Of a stretch of 54,326 nucleotides of DNA, positions 7,898 through 17,100 are shown in pieces. The notes beneath the pieces were generated by a model. It was not told where the DNA came from. It searched no databases and saw nothing but the letters and a program-made list of their open reading frames with translations. Both the position numbers and the translations under genes were made by a program. Positions within the stretch are counted from its first letter, which is position 1. The number at the start of each line of letters is the position of its first letter. Source of the DNA: an uncultured Clostridia bacterium (GTDB lineage Bacteria; Bacillota; DTU025; MWDF01); the NCBI GenBank assembly GCA_964532805.1, contig CAZHKX010000002.1, positions 1 to 54,326 on the forward strand, in the 5' to 3' direction.

Positions 7898-9010
7898 ATG
7901 AGATCTGAGGGCTTCCTTCTGGAGGCAAAGGCCTTAGACCTGCTCGAAGGCGACATCGCCAGAGGGGAGGTCTCTCATTCATACCTCCTGTGGGGTCCCA
8001 GGGGCATAGGCAAGGCCGAGCTTGCCGAAAGGTTCGCCACGGCCGTCAACTGCACCGGGACGCGTAAAGGGCCGCTCGGCTATTGCGGGAAGTGTCCCAG
8101 CTGCACGAAGATGAAGGAAGAAGTGTTCGTGGACTTCAATGTGAAGCGGCCAACGCGTTCGGTAAGGAAAGAGAGGGGAGCCGAGGTAAGGTCCTCGAAA
8201 GCCTCCATAAAGATAGACGACGTCAGGGAGATGATCGCAGACATCTACATCAAGCCCAATGAGGCGAAGAGGAAGTTTTGGGTCATCGAAGACGTCCACA
8301 CGATGGAGGAACGCATGCTCAACTCCCTGCTAAAGGTGCTTGAAGAACCTCCGGGAGATTCTGTGATCGTGCTTACTGCGCCCTCCCCGGACGACCTTCT
8401 TCCCACAGTGATCTCCAGGTGCCGGCAGGTCAAGCTTCTGAGGCCCTCGCCTGAAGCGGTGAAAGAATGGCTGTCGGACAGGCTCGGCATAGGCGCCGAG
8501 GAGGCGTCATACCTTGCACGGGCATCGGAATCCCTGCCCGGAAGGGCTCTTGCCATGGGGACCGATAGCTGCTACGAGCCTCTGAGGAAGGCCCTACTGG
8601 ACGAGCTTCTTGAGGCGGCGAAGGCCGGCGGGCCCTTTGCAGCCCAGGCGGCGGCTGACAACATACAGGGCATAGGGGCCCTTGCCCTTGATGAGGGGCT
8701 CCCCGGCGCATCGGGACCGGCGGACCCGGACGGGGAGGCGGGGCGCCTTGCCTCCGGAGGCGGTATAATAGAATTCGTGGCGGCATTCCTGAAGGACCTG
8801 GCGTACATCGCGCTCGGCTACCCTGAGGATGCCGTAATCAACTGCGACAGGACGGCAGAGCTTGCCGAAGCGGCGAAGGAAGCGGACGGTGAGACGTGGC
8901 TTAGGAGGGCGGACAGGGCCGACAAGCTGGCTACGGCCGCCTGGGCGAACGCGAACTTCCGACTGGCCCTGGATGAGGCCACGTTCCTGGTCGCCGGACA
9001 CTCTATCTGA
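7898..9010 (+). CDS. holB: DNA polymerase III delta-prime subunit
   Basis: SHSYLLWGPRGIGK AAA+ P-loop-like motif, CGKCPSC zinc module, SRC motif (ISRCRQ). Located after tmk. Confidence 0.85.
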   Translation: MRSEGFLLEAKALDLLEGDIARGEVSHSYLLWGPRGIGKAELAERFATAVNCTGTRKGPLGYCGKCPSCTKMKEEVFVDFNVKRPTRSVRKERGAEVRSSKASIKIDDVREMIADIYIKPNEAKRKFWVIEDVHTMEERMLNSLLKVLEEPPGDSVIVLTAPSPDDLLPTVISRCRQVKLLRPSPEAVKEWLSDRLGIGAEEASYLARASESLPGRALAMGTDSCYEPLRKALLDELLEAAKAGGPFAAQAAADNIQGIGALALDEGLPGASGPADPDGEAGRLASGGGIIEFVAAFLKDLAYIALGYPEDAVINCDRTAELAEAAKEADGETWLRRADRADKLATAAWANANFRLALDEATFLVAGHSI

Positions 9011-9024
9011 AAGGATGCCTGAAT

Positions 9025-10347
9025 TTGGTTAAGATAACTGGAATCCGGTTTAAGAGGGCGGGGAAGATCTACTTCTTCGACCCGGGCGATTTGGAGCTCA
9101 AGGTAGGGCAGAAGGCCATCGTCGAGACCGTAAGGGGAGTCGAGATGGGAGACATCGTCATCTCCGGCAAGATGGTGCAGGAGGAGGACGTAGTCCAGCC
9201 GCTCAAGAAGATCATGAGGGCGGCTACCGAGGAGGATCTCAGGCATGCCCAGGAGAACTCGGCGAAGGAGCCCAGGGCGCTTGAGGTATGCCACGAGAAA
9301 GTAAGGGCGCACAACCTTCCGATGAAGCTGGTCGGAGCTGAGTACACATTCGACAACAGCAAGATAATATTCTACTTCACGGCCGAAGGCAGGGTCGACT
9401 TCAGGGAGCTTGTGAAGGACCTTGCCTCTGTCTTCAAGACGAGGATAGAGCTTAGGCAGATAGGCGTAAGAGACGAGGCGAAGCTGGTGGGAGGGCTGGG
9501 CCCCTGCGGGCTTCCCATGTGCTGCACTACCTGGCTCGGAGACTTCGACCCGGTGTCCATCAAGATGGCCAAGGAGCAGAACCTGTCCCTGAACCCGGCC
9601 AAGATATCGGGCATCTGCGGAAGGCTCATGTGCTGCCTGAAGTACGAATCCGGCATGTATGACAACGATGCGCGCCAGGCAAGAAGGCGCGAGCTTGCGG
9701 CGAAGTCAGAGCAGGCCATATGCGCGGGCGAACCCCCTGCCGAGGAGGCTGCGGTCTGCATAGGCTGCGAGCAGTTGATCCCCGGTCCGGTTGTGGCCCT
9801 TGAAGATGAGGAGGGCGTCCTGGTCGCAGAGACCGAGGAGCCGAGAGGCGGAGACCCTGCGCCGGTGGCACCTATTATAGCAGCGCCTGTGCCCGTTCCT
9901 ATGCAGCCGAGGCCGCAGTCGCAGCAAGCACCCTGGAAGAGGGAGAGATCCCAGCATAATCGCACCAATGAGGCACCGAGGGAACAGGGCAGGATCGGAG
10001 GCGGCGATGAAAGGCCGCAGCCCGCACCGGCAAGAAGGCCGCAAGTGCAGGCCAGGCCCGCCGCGGGCGAAGCTGACAGGGCATCATCCCATATGAAGCC
10101 GGAAGGCCGCCCGGACCGGGCCGCACAAAGGGAGCCAGTTCCTGAAAAGCAGGCCAAGCAGGGCTGGCAGGAGTTCCAGCCCAGGGAGAAGCAGGCGACG
10201 GCGCCTCAGGGCACAGAGGCGAAGCCCGCAGGACCTGCGCAGGATGCGGCGGACAAGGGGGCCAACTTCAAGAGCAGGAGAAGAAGGCATGGGCACAGAA
10301 GGCCGGACGGACGCCCCGACGGGGGAAGCCCTCCTGAAACCAAATGA
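9025..10347 (+). CDS. ricT: PSP1 domain protein (YaaT/RicT-like) with a long basic low-complexity C-terminal tail
   Basis: TTG start at 9025 with an AAAGGA RBS. The PSP1 core is present (FDNSKIIFYFTAEGRVDFRELVKDLA, CGRLMCCLKYE). Residues from about 215 to 440 are P/A/Q/R/E-rich. Confidence 0.8.
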   Translation: MVKITGIRFKRAGKIYFFDPGDLELKVGQKAIVETVRGVEMGDIVISGKMVQEEDVVQPLKKIMRAATEEDLRHAQENSAKEPRALEVCHEKVRAHNLPMKLVGAEYTFDNSKIIFYFTAEGRVDFRELVKDLASVFKTRIELRQIGVRDEAKLVGGLGPCGLPMCCTTWLGDFDPVSIKMAKEQNLSLNPAKISGICGRLMCCLKYESGMYDNDARQARRRELAAKSEQAICAGEPPAEEAAVCIGCEQLIPGPVVALEDEEGVLVAETEEPRGGDPAPVAPIIAAPVPVPMQPRPQSQQAPWKRERSQHNRTNEAPREQGRIGGGDERPQPAPARRPQVQARPAAGEADRASSHMKPEGRPDRAAQREPVPEKQAKQGWQEFQPREKQATAPQGTEAKPAGPAQDAADKGANFKSRRRRHGHRRPDGRPDGGSPPETK

Positions 10348-11059
10348 GAGGCTTGACGACCTACAGAGGTCGGGCCTGAGGATAATCCAGGAGCCGACGG
10401 GAAACAGGTTCTCCACCGATGCGGTGCTCCTGTCGTCATATTGCGCAGCTAAGGGCAGGGACCGGGTCGCAGACCTCGGCACCGGCACAGGGATACTCCC
10501 CCTTCTCATTTGGGCCAAATGGAAGCCTGAGAGGATAACCGGGGTGGAGATAGACCCCCAGACGGCGGACATGGCATCAAGGAGCGTGCTGGCGAACAAC
10601 CTTGAAGGCTGCATCGACATAGTCAACGCCGACCTCAAGGATGCGCCTCAGATGCTCGGGAAGGCGAAATTCACGCTGGTGGTGTCAAATCCCCCCTACA
10701 TAAGGGCGGGGGAGGGGATGCAGGGCCTATCATCGAGAAGGGCGCTGGCCAGGCATGAGATAGGGTGCACCATCGATGACGTTGCCGAGGCGGCAGCCGC
10801 CCTCCTGGTCCCGAAGGGAAGGTTCGCCCTCGTGCACAGGCCCGACAGGCTCTGCGACATCATGGTGGCCCTCAGGGCAAACGGGCTTGAGCCCAAGGCG
10901 ATGAGGACGGTCCACAACACGGCCGGCGACGTGCCGTCCATGGTCCTTGTGACAGCAGTGAAGGGCGCAGCCAGGGGGCTTAAAGTATCCAAGCCTCTGG
11001 TGGTATATGATGAGCAGGGGAAATACACGGCAGAGACGGAAGCGATATACTTCGGATAA
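10289..11059 (+). CDS. SAM-dependent N6-adenine methyltransferase, YabB / tRNA1(Val) m6A37 methyltransferase-like
   Basis: Probable start is the ATG at 10289. DLGTGTGILPL is SAM motif I and VVSNPPYI is the N6-MTase motif IV. It overlaps the PSP1 tail by 59 nt. Confidence 0.8.
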   Translation: MGTEGRTDAPTGEALLKPNERLDDLQRSGLRIIQEPTGNRFSTDAVLLSSYCAAKGRDRVADLGTGTGILPLLIWAKWKPERITGVEIDPQTADMASRSVLANNLEGCIDIVNADLKDAPQMLGKAKFTLVVSNPPYIRAGEGMQGLSSRRALARHEIGCTIDDVAEAAAALLVPKGRFALVHRPDRLCDIMVALRANGLEPKAMRTVHNTAGDVPSMVLVTAVKGAARGLKVSKPLVVYDEQGKYTAETEAIYFG

Positions 11060-11060
11060 G

Positions 11061-11088
11061 CTAAGGCCCCCGTTGACGGGGGCCTTAG
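11061..11088. terminator. Strong hairpin between convergent genes (no clear U-tract)
   Basis: CTAAGGCCCCCG-TTGA-CGGGGGCCTTAG forms a perfect 12-bp stem. Confidence 0.5.
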
Positions 11089-11095
11089 TCAATCC

Positions 11096-11341
11096 CTACT
11101 TGATGGACTTAATGGATGCCAGACAGTCCTGACATATGTTCTTGCCCATCACGCTTCTCATATCGTCCGCATTCCCGCAGAAGATGCAGGCGGGCTCGTA
11201 TTTCTTGAGGATTATCCTCTCTCCGTCGACGAAGATCTCGAGCGCGTCCTTCTCGTTGATGTTCATCGTCCTTCTAAGCTCGATGGGGATTACCACGCGA
11301 CCCAGCTCGTCGACCTTCCTTACTATGCCGGTTGATTTCAT
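11096..11341 (-). CDS. abrB: AbrB/SpoVT-family transition-state regulator with a C-terminal CxxC...CxxC module
   Basis: The N-terminus MKSTGIVRKVDELGRVVIPIELRRT is nearly identical to B. subtilis AbrB. The C-terminus CIFCGN-x13-CQDC resembles clostridial AbrB homologs. It occupies the same position before metG. Confidence 0.85.
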   Translation of the reverse strand: MKSTGIVRKVDELGRVVIPIELRRTMNINEKDALEIFVDGERIILKKYEPACIFCGNADDMRSVMGKNICQDCLASIKSIK

Positions 11342-11381
11342 GATTACACCTCCGTTGCCTTGTTGCAGTTTACACAGATGA

Positions 11382-11975
11382 TTACAGAGCGGCCTTTGCC
11401 CAGCTGTCGTCCAGCTTAAGGGCCGACATCAGGGAGGTTACGATAGCCTCAGCCTGAGAGATTGCAGTTTCCTGGGTATAAGCGGTTATTATAATCGCCC
11501 TCCGGTAATCGGTCAGGAGAGTATGTATCCTGACCTGGGAGGTCGTCGCTGCCTTGTTGCGCACTATGAAGCGTATGCCGTCTATCCCCTCTGCGCTCAC
11601 GAACCTTGCGCCGCTCGCCATCGGGCTGCTGTCGCTGTAAAGGCTCATGGCAACGGCATCAAGGGCGCCCGGCGTGAACGAATCAAGCACTACCGCCGAG
11701 ATTTCGATGATGGGGCCGGCTGATGATGCCAGATATAGCTTCCGAAGGCCATATGCATCCTTGGCCTCGTAAACGGTGAAGTCCTGGTCCTGTGGAAGCG
11801 TGAAGGCGAAGCCGGAAGTGTGCTGTATCCCGAATAATTCGCCGGACTTCGTAAGCTTGGCCTGTGTTAGAATCGATGTAGACTTAACAGAGGCTGATAC
11901 GCCAACAGCAAAAGCAAGCGTAAGAACCGCCGCTATCAGGAATGCCGCCCTTGACCTGCTCGATAATCTGTACAT
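11382..11975 (-). CDS. Hypothetical secreted protein
   Basis: Start moved to the ATG at 11975 (AAAGGAG RBS 8 nt upstream). It has an N-terminal signal peptide (MYRLSSRSRAAFLIAAVLTLAFAVGVSA). Confidence 0.5.
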   Translation of the reverse strand: MYRLSSRSRAAFLIAAVLTLAFAVGVSASVKSTSILTQAKLTKSGELFGIQHTSGFAFTLPQDQDFTVYEAKDAYGLRKLYLASSAGPIIEISAVVLDSFTPGALDAVAMSLYSDSSPMASGARFVSAEGIDGIRFIVRNKAATTSQVRIHTLLTDYRRAIIITAYTQETAISQAEAIVTSLMSALKLDDSWAKAAL

Positions 11976-12260
11976 TGATACACTCCTTTGTCCTGTGGTG
12001 AAATCTACCATATAATGAATTGATTTTTCAATATGAAACACAACAATAAAGGATTACAAAAATTGTGGCTATCCATACATATATTTACAAACGAAATATT
12101 CTGCGGCATCATCGCCCGGCACAAGCCATGTAAGGCAAAAATCCTGTATATTTGACAGTTAAGGGCGATGAAACTAACATATAAATATTGTGGCGGGCCA
12201 CAACCGATGAGGCCCGGCCCCTATTTTGACGGAGGCGGAGGACGCCCCGGGAGGTATCCC

Positions 12261-14252
12261 ATGGAGAACAAGGCATTCTACATAACGACGCCTATCTACT
12301 ATGTGAACGATTTGCCTCATATAGGCCATTCATACACGACCATAGCCTGCGACGTCATGGCAAGGTACAAGAGGCTCGCCGGATTCGACGTCTACTTCCT
12401 GACCGGTACCGACGAGCACGGTCAGAAGATAGAGAGGATGGCCGAGTCCAAGGGGATAGACCCGAAGCAGTACTGCGACGGGATAGCGGGGGCCTTCAGG
12501 AGGCTGTGGGAGCGCCTTGACATATCCAACGACGGCTTCATTAGGACCACCGACGACGAGCACGTCGAAAGGGTGCAGAAGATCTTCAGGAGGATCTACG
12601 ACAACGGCGACATATACAAGGGCAAGTACGAGGGATGGTACTGCACGCCGTGCGAATCCTTCTGGCCTGAGGGCCAGCTTGTCAACGGCAACTGCCCCGA
12701 CTGCGGCAGGAAGGTGGAGTGGACCGAGGAGGAGGCCTACTTCTTCAGGCTTTCGAAGTACGCCGACAGGCTCCTGAAGCTCTATGAGGACAGCCCGGAT
12801 TTCATACAGCCGGCATCAAGGAAGAACGAGATGATCGCCTTCATAAAGGGAGGCCTTGAGGACCTCTGCGTCTCCAGGACCACGTTCAAATGGGGCATCC
12901 AGGTCGACTTCGACCCCGGCCACGTCGTCTATGTGTGGATAGACGCCCTCTCCAACTACATAACCAAGCTGGGCTTCCCCGATGAGGCGGACGGCCTGTT
13001 CGCCAGGTACTGGCCCGCAGACTTCCACGTCGTGGGCAAGGAGATAGTCAGATTCCACTCCGTTATTTGGCCGGCGCTTCTTATGTCGATGGGAGTGGAG
13101 CTACCGAAATCCGTCTTCGGCCACGGCTGGTGGACCGCCGAGGGCGAGAAGATATCCAAGTCGAAGGGGAACATGATCGACCCAGGCAAGTATATCGACG
13201 AGTTCGGCTCCGACCAGATCAGATACTTCGTACTAAGGGAGATATCCTTCGGCCAGGACGGGGACTTCTCGAGGCTCAATTTCCTTCATAGGACGAACGC
13301 CGAGCTTGCAAACGACCTCGGAAACCTGTTAAGCAGGGCGACTGCGATGATAGGCAAGTTCTTCGACGGCTTCGTGCCGATCCAGGGCGAGTTTGCGGAC
13401 ATCGACCGCGAGTTCGAGCCCCTGGCCGCTGAAGTCCTCGAGAACTACAAGGCCGCCATGGACAGGATGGACTTCCAGGGCGCATTCGCCGAGGCCCTAA
13501 GGCTCGTCGGGCGCGCCAACAAGTACATAGACGAGACCGCCCCTTGGATCCTTGCCAAGGACGAATCTGGCAAGGCCCGCCTGGGAACCGTGCTCTACAA
13601 CGTGGCCGAGACCTGCAGGGTGGCAGCCATACTGTTCTCGCCTGTGCTCACCAAGGGAGCCCCGCAGATCTGGTACCAGCTGGGCCTGGACGGAACTCCC
13701 GAGGAGGCCGGCCTTTCGGCGGCGAAGTGGGGAGGTCTGGTGCCAGGCACCGAGGTAAGGCGCGGAGAGCCCGTCTATCCCAGGATAGACGTCAAGGCGG
13801 TTCTGGAGAAGGACGCAGCCGAGAAGAAGGCGAAGCTCGAAGAGGAAGTGAGGCAGAAGGCGGTGCCAGCCCCCAAGAAGGCAGAAAGCGCAGCACCAGC
13901 CCCGGCTCCGGACGAGCCCATGCCTTTGATTGCCATAGACGATTTCGCGAAGATCGAGCTGAGGACGGCCGAGGTAGTCGCCGCGGAGCGCATAGAAGGC
14001 TCGGACAAGCTTCTGAAGCTGCAGGTGAGCGTGGGCGGAAAGCCCAGGCAGATAGTGGCCGGCATCGCAAAGCACTACAAGCCTGAGGAGCTCGTCGGCA
14101 AGTTCATAGTGCTAGTGGCGAACTTACAGCCGGCGAAGCTTAGAGGCAATGTCTCGGAGGGGATGCTCCTTGCGGCGTCGACTCCCGATCATTCGGAGCT
14201 GGCCGTGCTCACAATAGACAGGCCCGTGCCCAGCGGAAGCCGCGCCAAGTAA
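12261..14252 (+). CDS. metG: Methionine--tRNA ligase with a C-terminal tRNA-binding (EMAP/Trbp111-like) domain
   Basis: Start at the ATG at 12261 (GGGAGGT RBS). HIGH motif (PHIGHSY), KMSKS motif (KISKSKG), Zn knuckles CTPC...CPDC. The C-terminal FAKIELRTAEVV...GMLLA is the tRNA-binding domain. Confidence 0.95.
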   Translation: MENKAFYITTPIYYVNDLPHIGHSYTTIACDVMARYKRLAGFDVYFLTGTDEHGQKIERMAESKGIDPKQYCDGIAGAFRRLWERLDISNDGFIRTTDDEHVERVQKIFRRIYDNGDIYKGKYEGWYCTPCESFWPEGQLVNGNCPDCGRKVEWTEEEAYFFRLSKYADRLLKLYEDSPDFIQPASRKNEMIAFIKGGLEDLCVSRTTFKWGIQVDFDPGHVVYVWIDALSNYITKLGFPDEADGLFARYWPADFHVVGKEIVRFHSVIWPALLMSMGVELPKSVFGHGWWTAEGEKISKSKGNMIDPGKYIDEFGSDQIRYFVLREISFGQDGDFSRLNFLHRTNAELANDLGNLLSRATAMIGKFFDGFVPIQGEFADIDREFEPLAAEVLENYKAAMDRMDFQGAFAEALRLVGRANKYIDETAPWILAKDESGKARLGTVLYNVAETCRVAAILFSPVLTKGAPQIWYQLGLDGTPEEAGLSAAKWGGLVPGTEVRRGEPVYPRIDVKAVLEKDAAEKKAKLEEEVRQKAVPAPKKAESAAPAPAPDEPMPLIAIDDFAKIELRTAEVVAAERIEGSDKLLKLQVSVGGKPRQIVAGIAKHYKPEELVGKFIVLVANLQPAKLRGNVSEGMLLAASTPDHSELAVLTIDRPVPSGSRAK

Positions 14253-14253
14253 C

Positions 14254-15021
14254 ATGAGGATATACGATTCCCATTGCCACCTGGATGACAGCGCGTACGA
14301 CGCAGACCGCGCCGAACTCCTTCAGAGGGCCGAGGAGGCCGGAGTAGCTAGGGTATTGAATCCCGGCTACGACATCAGATCCAGCACGGATGCCTTGGCG
14401 ATGGCAACCTCATACGAGATGGTAAGGGGCGCAGTCGGCATCCACCCGCAGAAGGGCGAGGAGCATAACAGGGAAAGCTATTGCCTCCTGGAGGAGCTGG
14501 CGGTGACCGGAAAACCTGCTGCCATAGGCGAGATAGGGCTTGACTACTACTGGATGAAGTCTCCAAAGCAGGCGCAGCACGAGGCCTTCGTCTGGCAGCT
14601 GGAGCTTGCGGAAAGGCTCAGCCTTCCGGTGATAGTCCACAGCAGGGACGCGGCGCAGGAGACTTTCGACATCGTGAAGGCTTATCGGCATAAGCTTGCC
14701 GGGCTCATCATGCACTGCTATTCGGGAAGCTGGGATATGGCCTTGGAGTACGTGAAGCTTGGATGCCTCTTATCACTTGCCGGGCCTGTGACTTTCAAGA
14801 ACGCGAGGAAGGCCCACGAGGTGGCTGCGAAAGTGCCCCTCTCGCACTTGCTCACAGAGACAGACGGACCTTATCTAGCGCCCGAACCGCACAGAGGGAA
14901 GAGAAACGAGCCCGGATACACAAGGCTCGTCGTGGAGCGGATTGCAGAGATAAGGGGTCTGGAAGTGGAAGCTGTGGCGGAAGCGACTTATGAAAACGCT
15001 GCGAAGATATTCGGCGAATAG
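14254..15021 (+). CDS. tatD: TatD-family metal-dependent DNase/hydrolase (YabD-like)
   Basis: DSHCHLDD, EIGLDYYW, VHSRDA and TETDGPYL motifs. Located after metG as in Bacillus. Confidence 0.9.
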   Translation: MRIYDSHCHLDDSAYDADRAELLQRAEEAGVARVLNPGYDIRSSTDALAMATSYEMVRGAVGIHPQKGEEHNRESYCLLEELAVTGKPAAIGEIGLDYYWMKSPKQAQHEAFVWQLELAERLSLPVIVHSRDAAQETFDIVKAYRHKLAGLIMHCYSGSWDMALEYVKLGCLLSLAGPVTFKNARKAHEVAAKVPLSHLLTETDGPYLAPEPHRGKRNEPGYTRLVVERIAEIRGLEVEAVAEATYENAAKIFGE

Positions 15022-15037
15022 GGAAATATCAGCCAGC

Positions 15038-15071
15038 AAGGCCCGGCGGCATGATGATGCGGCCGGGCCTT
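15038..15071. terminator. Bidirectional terminator hairpin
   Basis: AAGGCCCGGC / GCCGGGCCTT form a perfect 10-bp stem with a 14-nt loop, then TCCCTT. It sits between convergent tatD and glpX. Confidence 0.55.
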
Positions 15072-15075
15072 TCCC

Positions 15076-16074
15076 TTACAGCAGGTGCTCCCTTCCCGTG
15101 CCGCTTCGCACTGTCTTCCTGCTCATGTCATGTATGGTCATGATCTTTCTGATGGTGCCGGTCCTGTAGCGCATGGTCAGGGATTCCGTGGTGGCCTTGT
15201 CGCCCATGTAGCGGACGCCTTTGAGCATCTCGCCGTCAGTCACTCCGGTGGCTGAGAAGATGAGGCCGTCCCCTCTTGCGAGGTCTTCCGCCGCGAACAC
15301 CCTCTCCAGGTCCGTGAAGCCGGCATCAAGGGCCCTTTGTCTCTGATCTTCGTCCGGTATGTACATCTTGCACTGTATCTCACCTCCGAGGCATCTCATC
15401 GCGGCAGCCGTGATGACGGCCTCGGGGCCGCCTCCCGAACCCAGCAGCATGTCCACACCGGTATCAGGAAGCGCCGTTGCTATCGCGGCGGCGACATCGC
15501 CGTCCTGGATTATCTTTATCCTCGCCCCGCAGTCCCTGATCTCCCGGATGAGGGGCTCGTGCCTCGGCCTATTCAAGACCACGACGGTCAGGTCGCGCAC
15601 CTTCTTGCCGAGATTGGCGGCGGCCACATGAAGGTTGATCTTCACAGGCTCGTTGATGCTGATGCCCTCCTTGGCCTGAGGGCCCACCGCAATCTTATGG
15701 GCGTAGAACGTAGGAAACTTCATAAGAGAGCCCTTGCTCGCCGCGACAAGCACCGATATGGCGCCGGGCATCCCGTTTGCCACAAGGGATGTCCCTTCCA
15801 CGGGATCGACGGCGATGTCGACTTCGACGGCATCCCCGCCCATTCCGACCTTCTCCCCGTTATAGAGAATAGGCGCCTTGTCCTTCTCGCCCTCGCCTAT
15901 GATTATCGTGCCGTTGATCCTCACAAGGTCGAGCATGCCCCTCATCCCGTCGACGCCTGCTGCATCCACCGCGTTCTTGTCCCCGGTTCCCATGAACCTG
16001 CCAGCCTTCAAGGCCGCGGTCTCTGTTACTCTTACCAGCTCAAGGAGTATTTCCCTCTCCCTGTCGTGTATCAT
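15076..16074 (-). CDS. glpX: Class II fructose-1,6-bisphosphatase
   Basis: 332 aa. The N-terminus ELVRVTETAALKAGRFMGTGDKNAVDAAGVDGMR and the DPVEGT motif are typical of GlpX. Confidence 0.9.
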   Translation of the reverse strand: MIHDREREILLELVRVTETAALKAGRFMGTGDKNAVDAAGVDGMRGMLDLVRINGTIIIGEGEKDKAPILYNGEKVGMGGDAVEVDIAVDPVEGTSLVANGMPGAISVLVAASKGSLMKFPTFYAHKIAVGPQAKEGISINEPVKINLHVAAANLGKKVRDLTVVVLNRPRHEPLIREIRDCGARIKIIQDGDVAAAIATALPDTGVDMLLGSGGGPEAVITAAAMRCLGGEIQCKMYIPDEDQRQRALDAGFTDLERVFAAEDLARGDGLIFSATGVTDGEMLKGVRYMGDKATTESLTMRYRTGTIRKIMTIHDMSRKTVRSGTGREHLL

Positions 16075-16242
16075 AGGAGGATACCTCCGGCCGCGCTCGC
16101 CCCGCGCGGCGTTATATTGGTGTATCTATTGGCGGCAGAGGCCGGCGATTCCTCCAAAGGGCTTGCCGGCAAACCGCAAATTTGACACCGTGAGTGAAGT
16201 TGGCATATCTTTTATCTATGGAATCGACGGACGGAGGGACTT

Positions 16243-17070
16243 ATGCAGACTGAGAGGACTAAGAGGCTCTTTGCCATAATCCTGCCGCTGATGCTGGTAG
16301 CAGTGTCTTCGGTGGTGCTCGGCAGCACCGGCGTGGAAGACGCCGTGGAAGGGCCGATGCTGCTTAACGCGAACATCAGTGCGAGCGTGGACCCAAGGTG
16401 GCTGACCCAGGACCGTTTCTCTTACCTGGAGAGGAAGGAAGCAGCCGAGTACATGCCGGGGTTCACGTTCAGAAGATATCACAACGGGGCTATACTCCAG
16501 GCGGACCTGATGACCTATACCTGCGAGACCGCATACACCACCAAGAGGGTGGCGGATTCTTCCCTCGAGCAGGGCAAGACCAAGATAGTGAAAAGGGGCG
16601 AGCTCGGCGTGCTCGTCAAGACTGTAGTCGAGACCAGGATAGGCCCCAAGCTGGTATCCAAGGTCAAGGTGGCGGAGCAGAAGCTTAAGGATCCTGTGCA
16701 GCAGGTGGTGCACTACGGCACGAAGCCGCCTCTTAAGAAGCTTGCGACCAAGTCAGGCACCTATTACTACAGGAAATCCTTCATGGTCACAGCCACGGCA
16801 TATGAGCCGAGCGAGGTGTCATGCGGGATATACGCCGACGGCTTCACATCCATCGGGCTAAAGGCGGGTCCGGGCATCATCGCGGTGGACCCGAAAGTGA
16901 TACCATTAAGAAGCAAGGTCTATGTCGAAGGCTATGGCTACGCTATAGCAGGAGACGTAGGCGGCGCCATCAAGGGCAACAGGATAGACGTGTGCTTCAA
17001 CACCGTCAGGGAGGCCCTGAACTACGGCAGAAGGCGGGTCAGGATCTACATACTGGAGGATCCTAAGTAG
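16243..17070 (+). CDS. YabE-like cell-wall protein with G5 and 3D (MltA-like) domains
   Basis: N-terminal TM/signal. G5-like segment (KIVKRGELGVLVKTVVETRIGPKLV...VVHYGTK). The C-terminal 3D domain is VTATAYEPSEVSCG...DVGGAIKGNRIDVCF. Confidence 0.8.
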   Translation: MQTERTKRLFAIILPLMLVAVSSVVLGSTGVEDAVEGPMLLNANISASVDPRWLTQDRFSYLERKEAAEYMPGFTFRRYHNGAILQADLMTYTCETAYTTKRVADSSLEQGKTKIVKRGELGVLVKTVVETRIGPKLVSKVKVAEQKLKDPVQQVVHYGTKPPLKKLATKSGTYYYRKSFMVTATAYEPSEVSCGIYADGFTSIGLKAGPGIIAVDPKVIPLRSKVYVEGYGYAIAGDVGGAIKGNRIDVCFNTVREALNYGRRRVRIYILEDPK

Positions 17071-17100
17071 CAAACCCCGCAGAATCGGCAGGAAACAGAC

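Noticed and set aside
9372-10157. 261-aa minus-strand ORF, or a hidden yabA, within the PSP1 tail region
   Set aside because: The minus ORF is low-complexity (S/A/G/C-rich) and has no RBS. No frame shows the YabA coiled-coil plus Zn-binding C-terminus.
12042-12260. T-box or other leader upstream of metG
   Set aside because: No specifier-loop or T-box sequence (AAUNNGGUGGUACCGCG-like) is visible. Only a plausible promoter (TTGACA at 12152, weak -10 TAACAT) and a GGGAGGT RBS are present.
16076-16088. SD-sequestering hairpin (GGAGG-UAU-CCUCC) at the glpX start as a regulatory element
   Set aside because: It is only a 5-bp stem with a strained 3-nt loop, which is too marginal to call.
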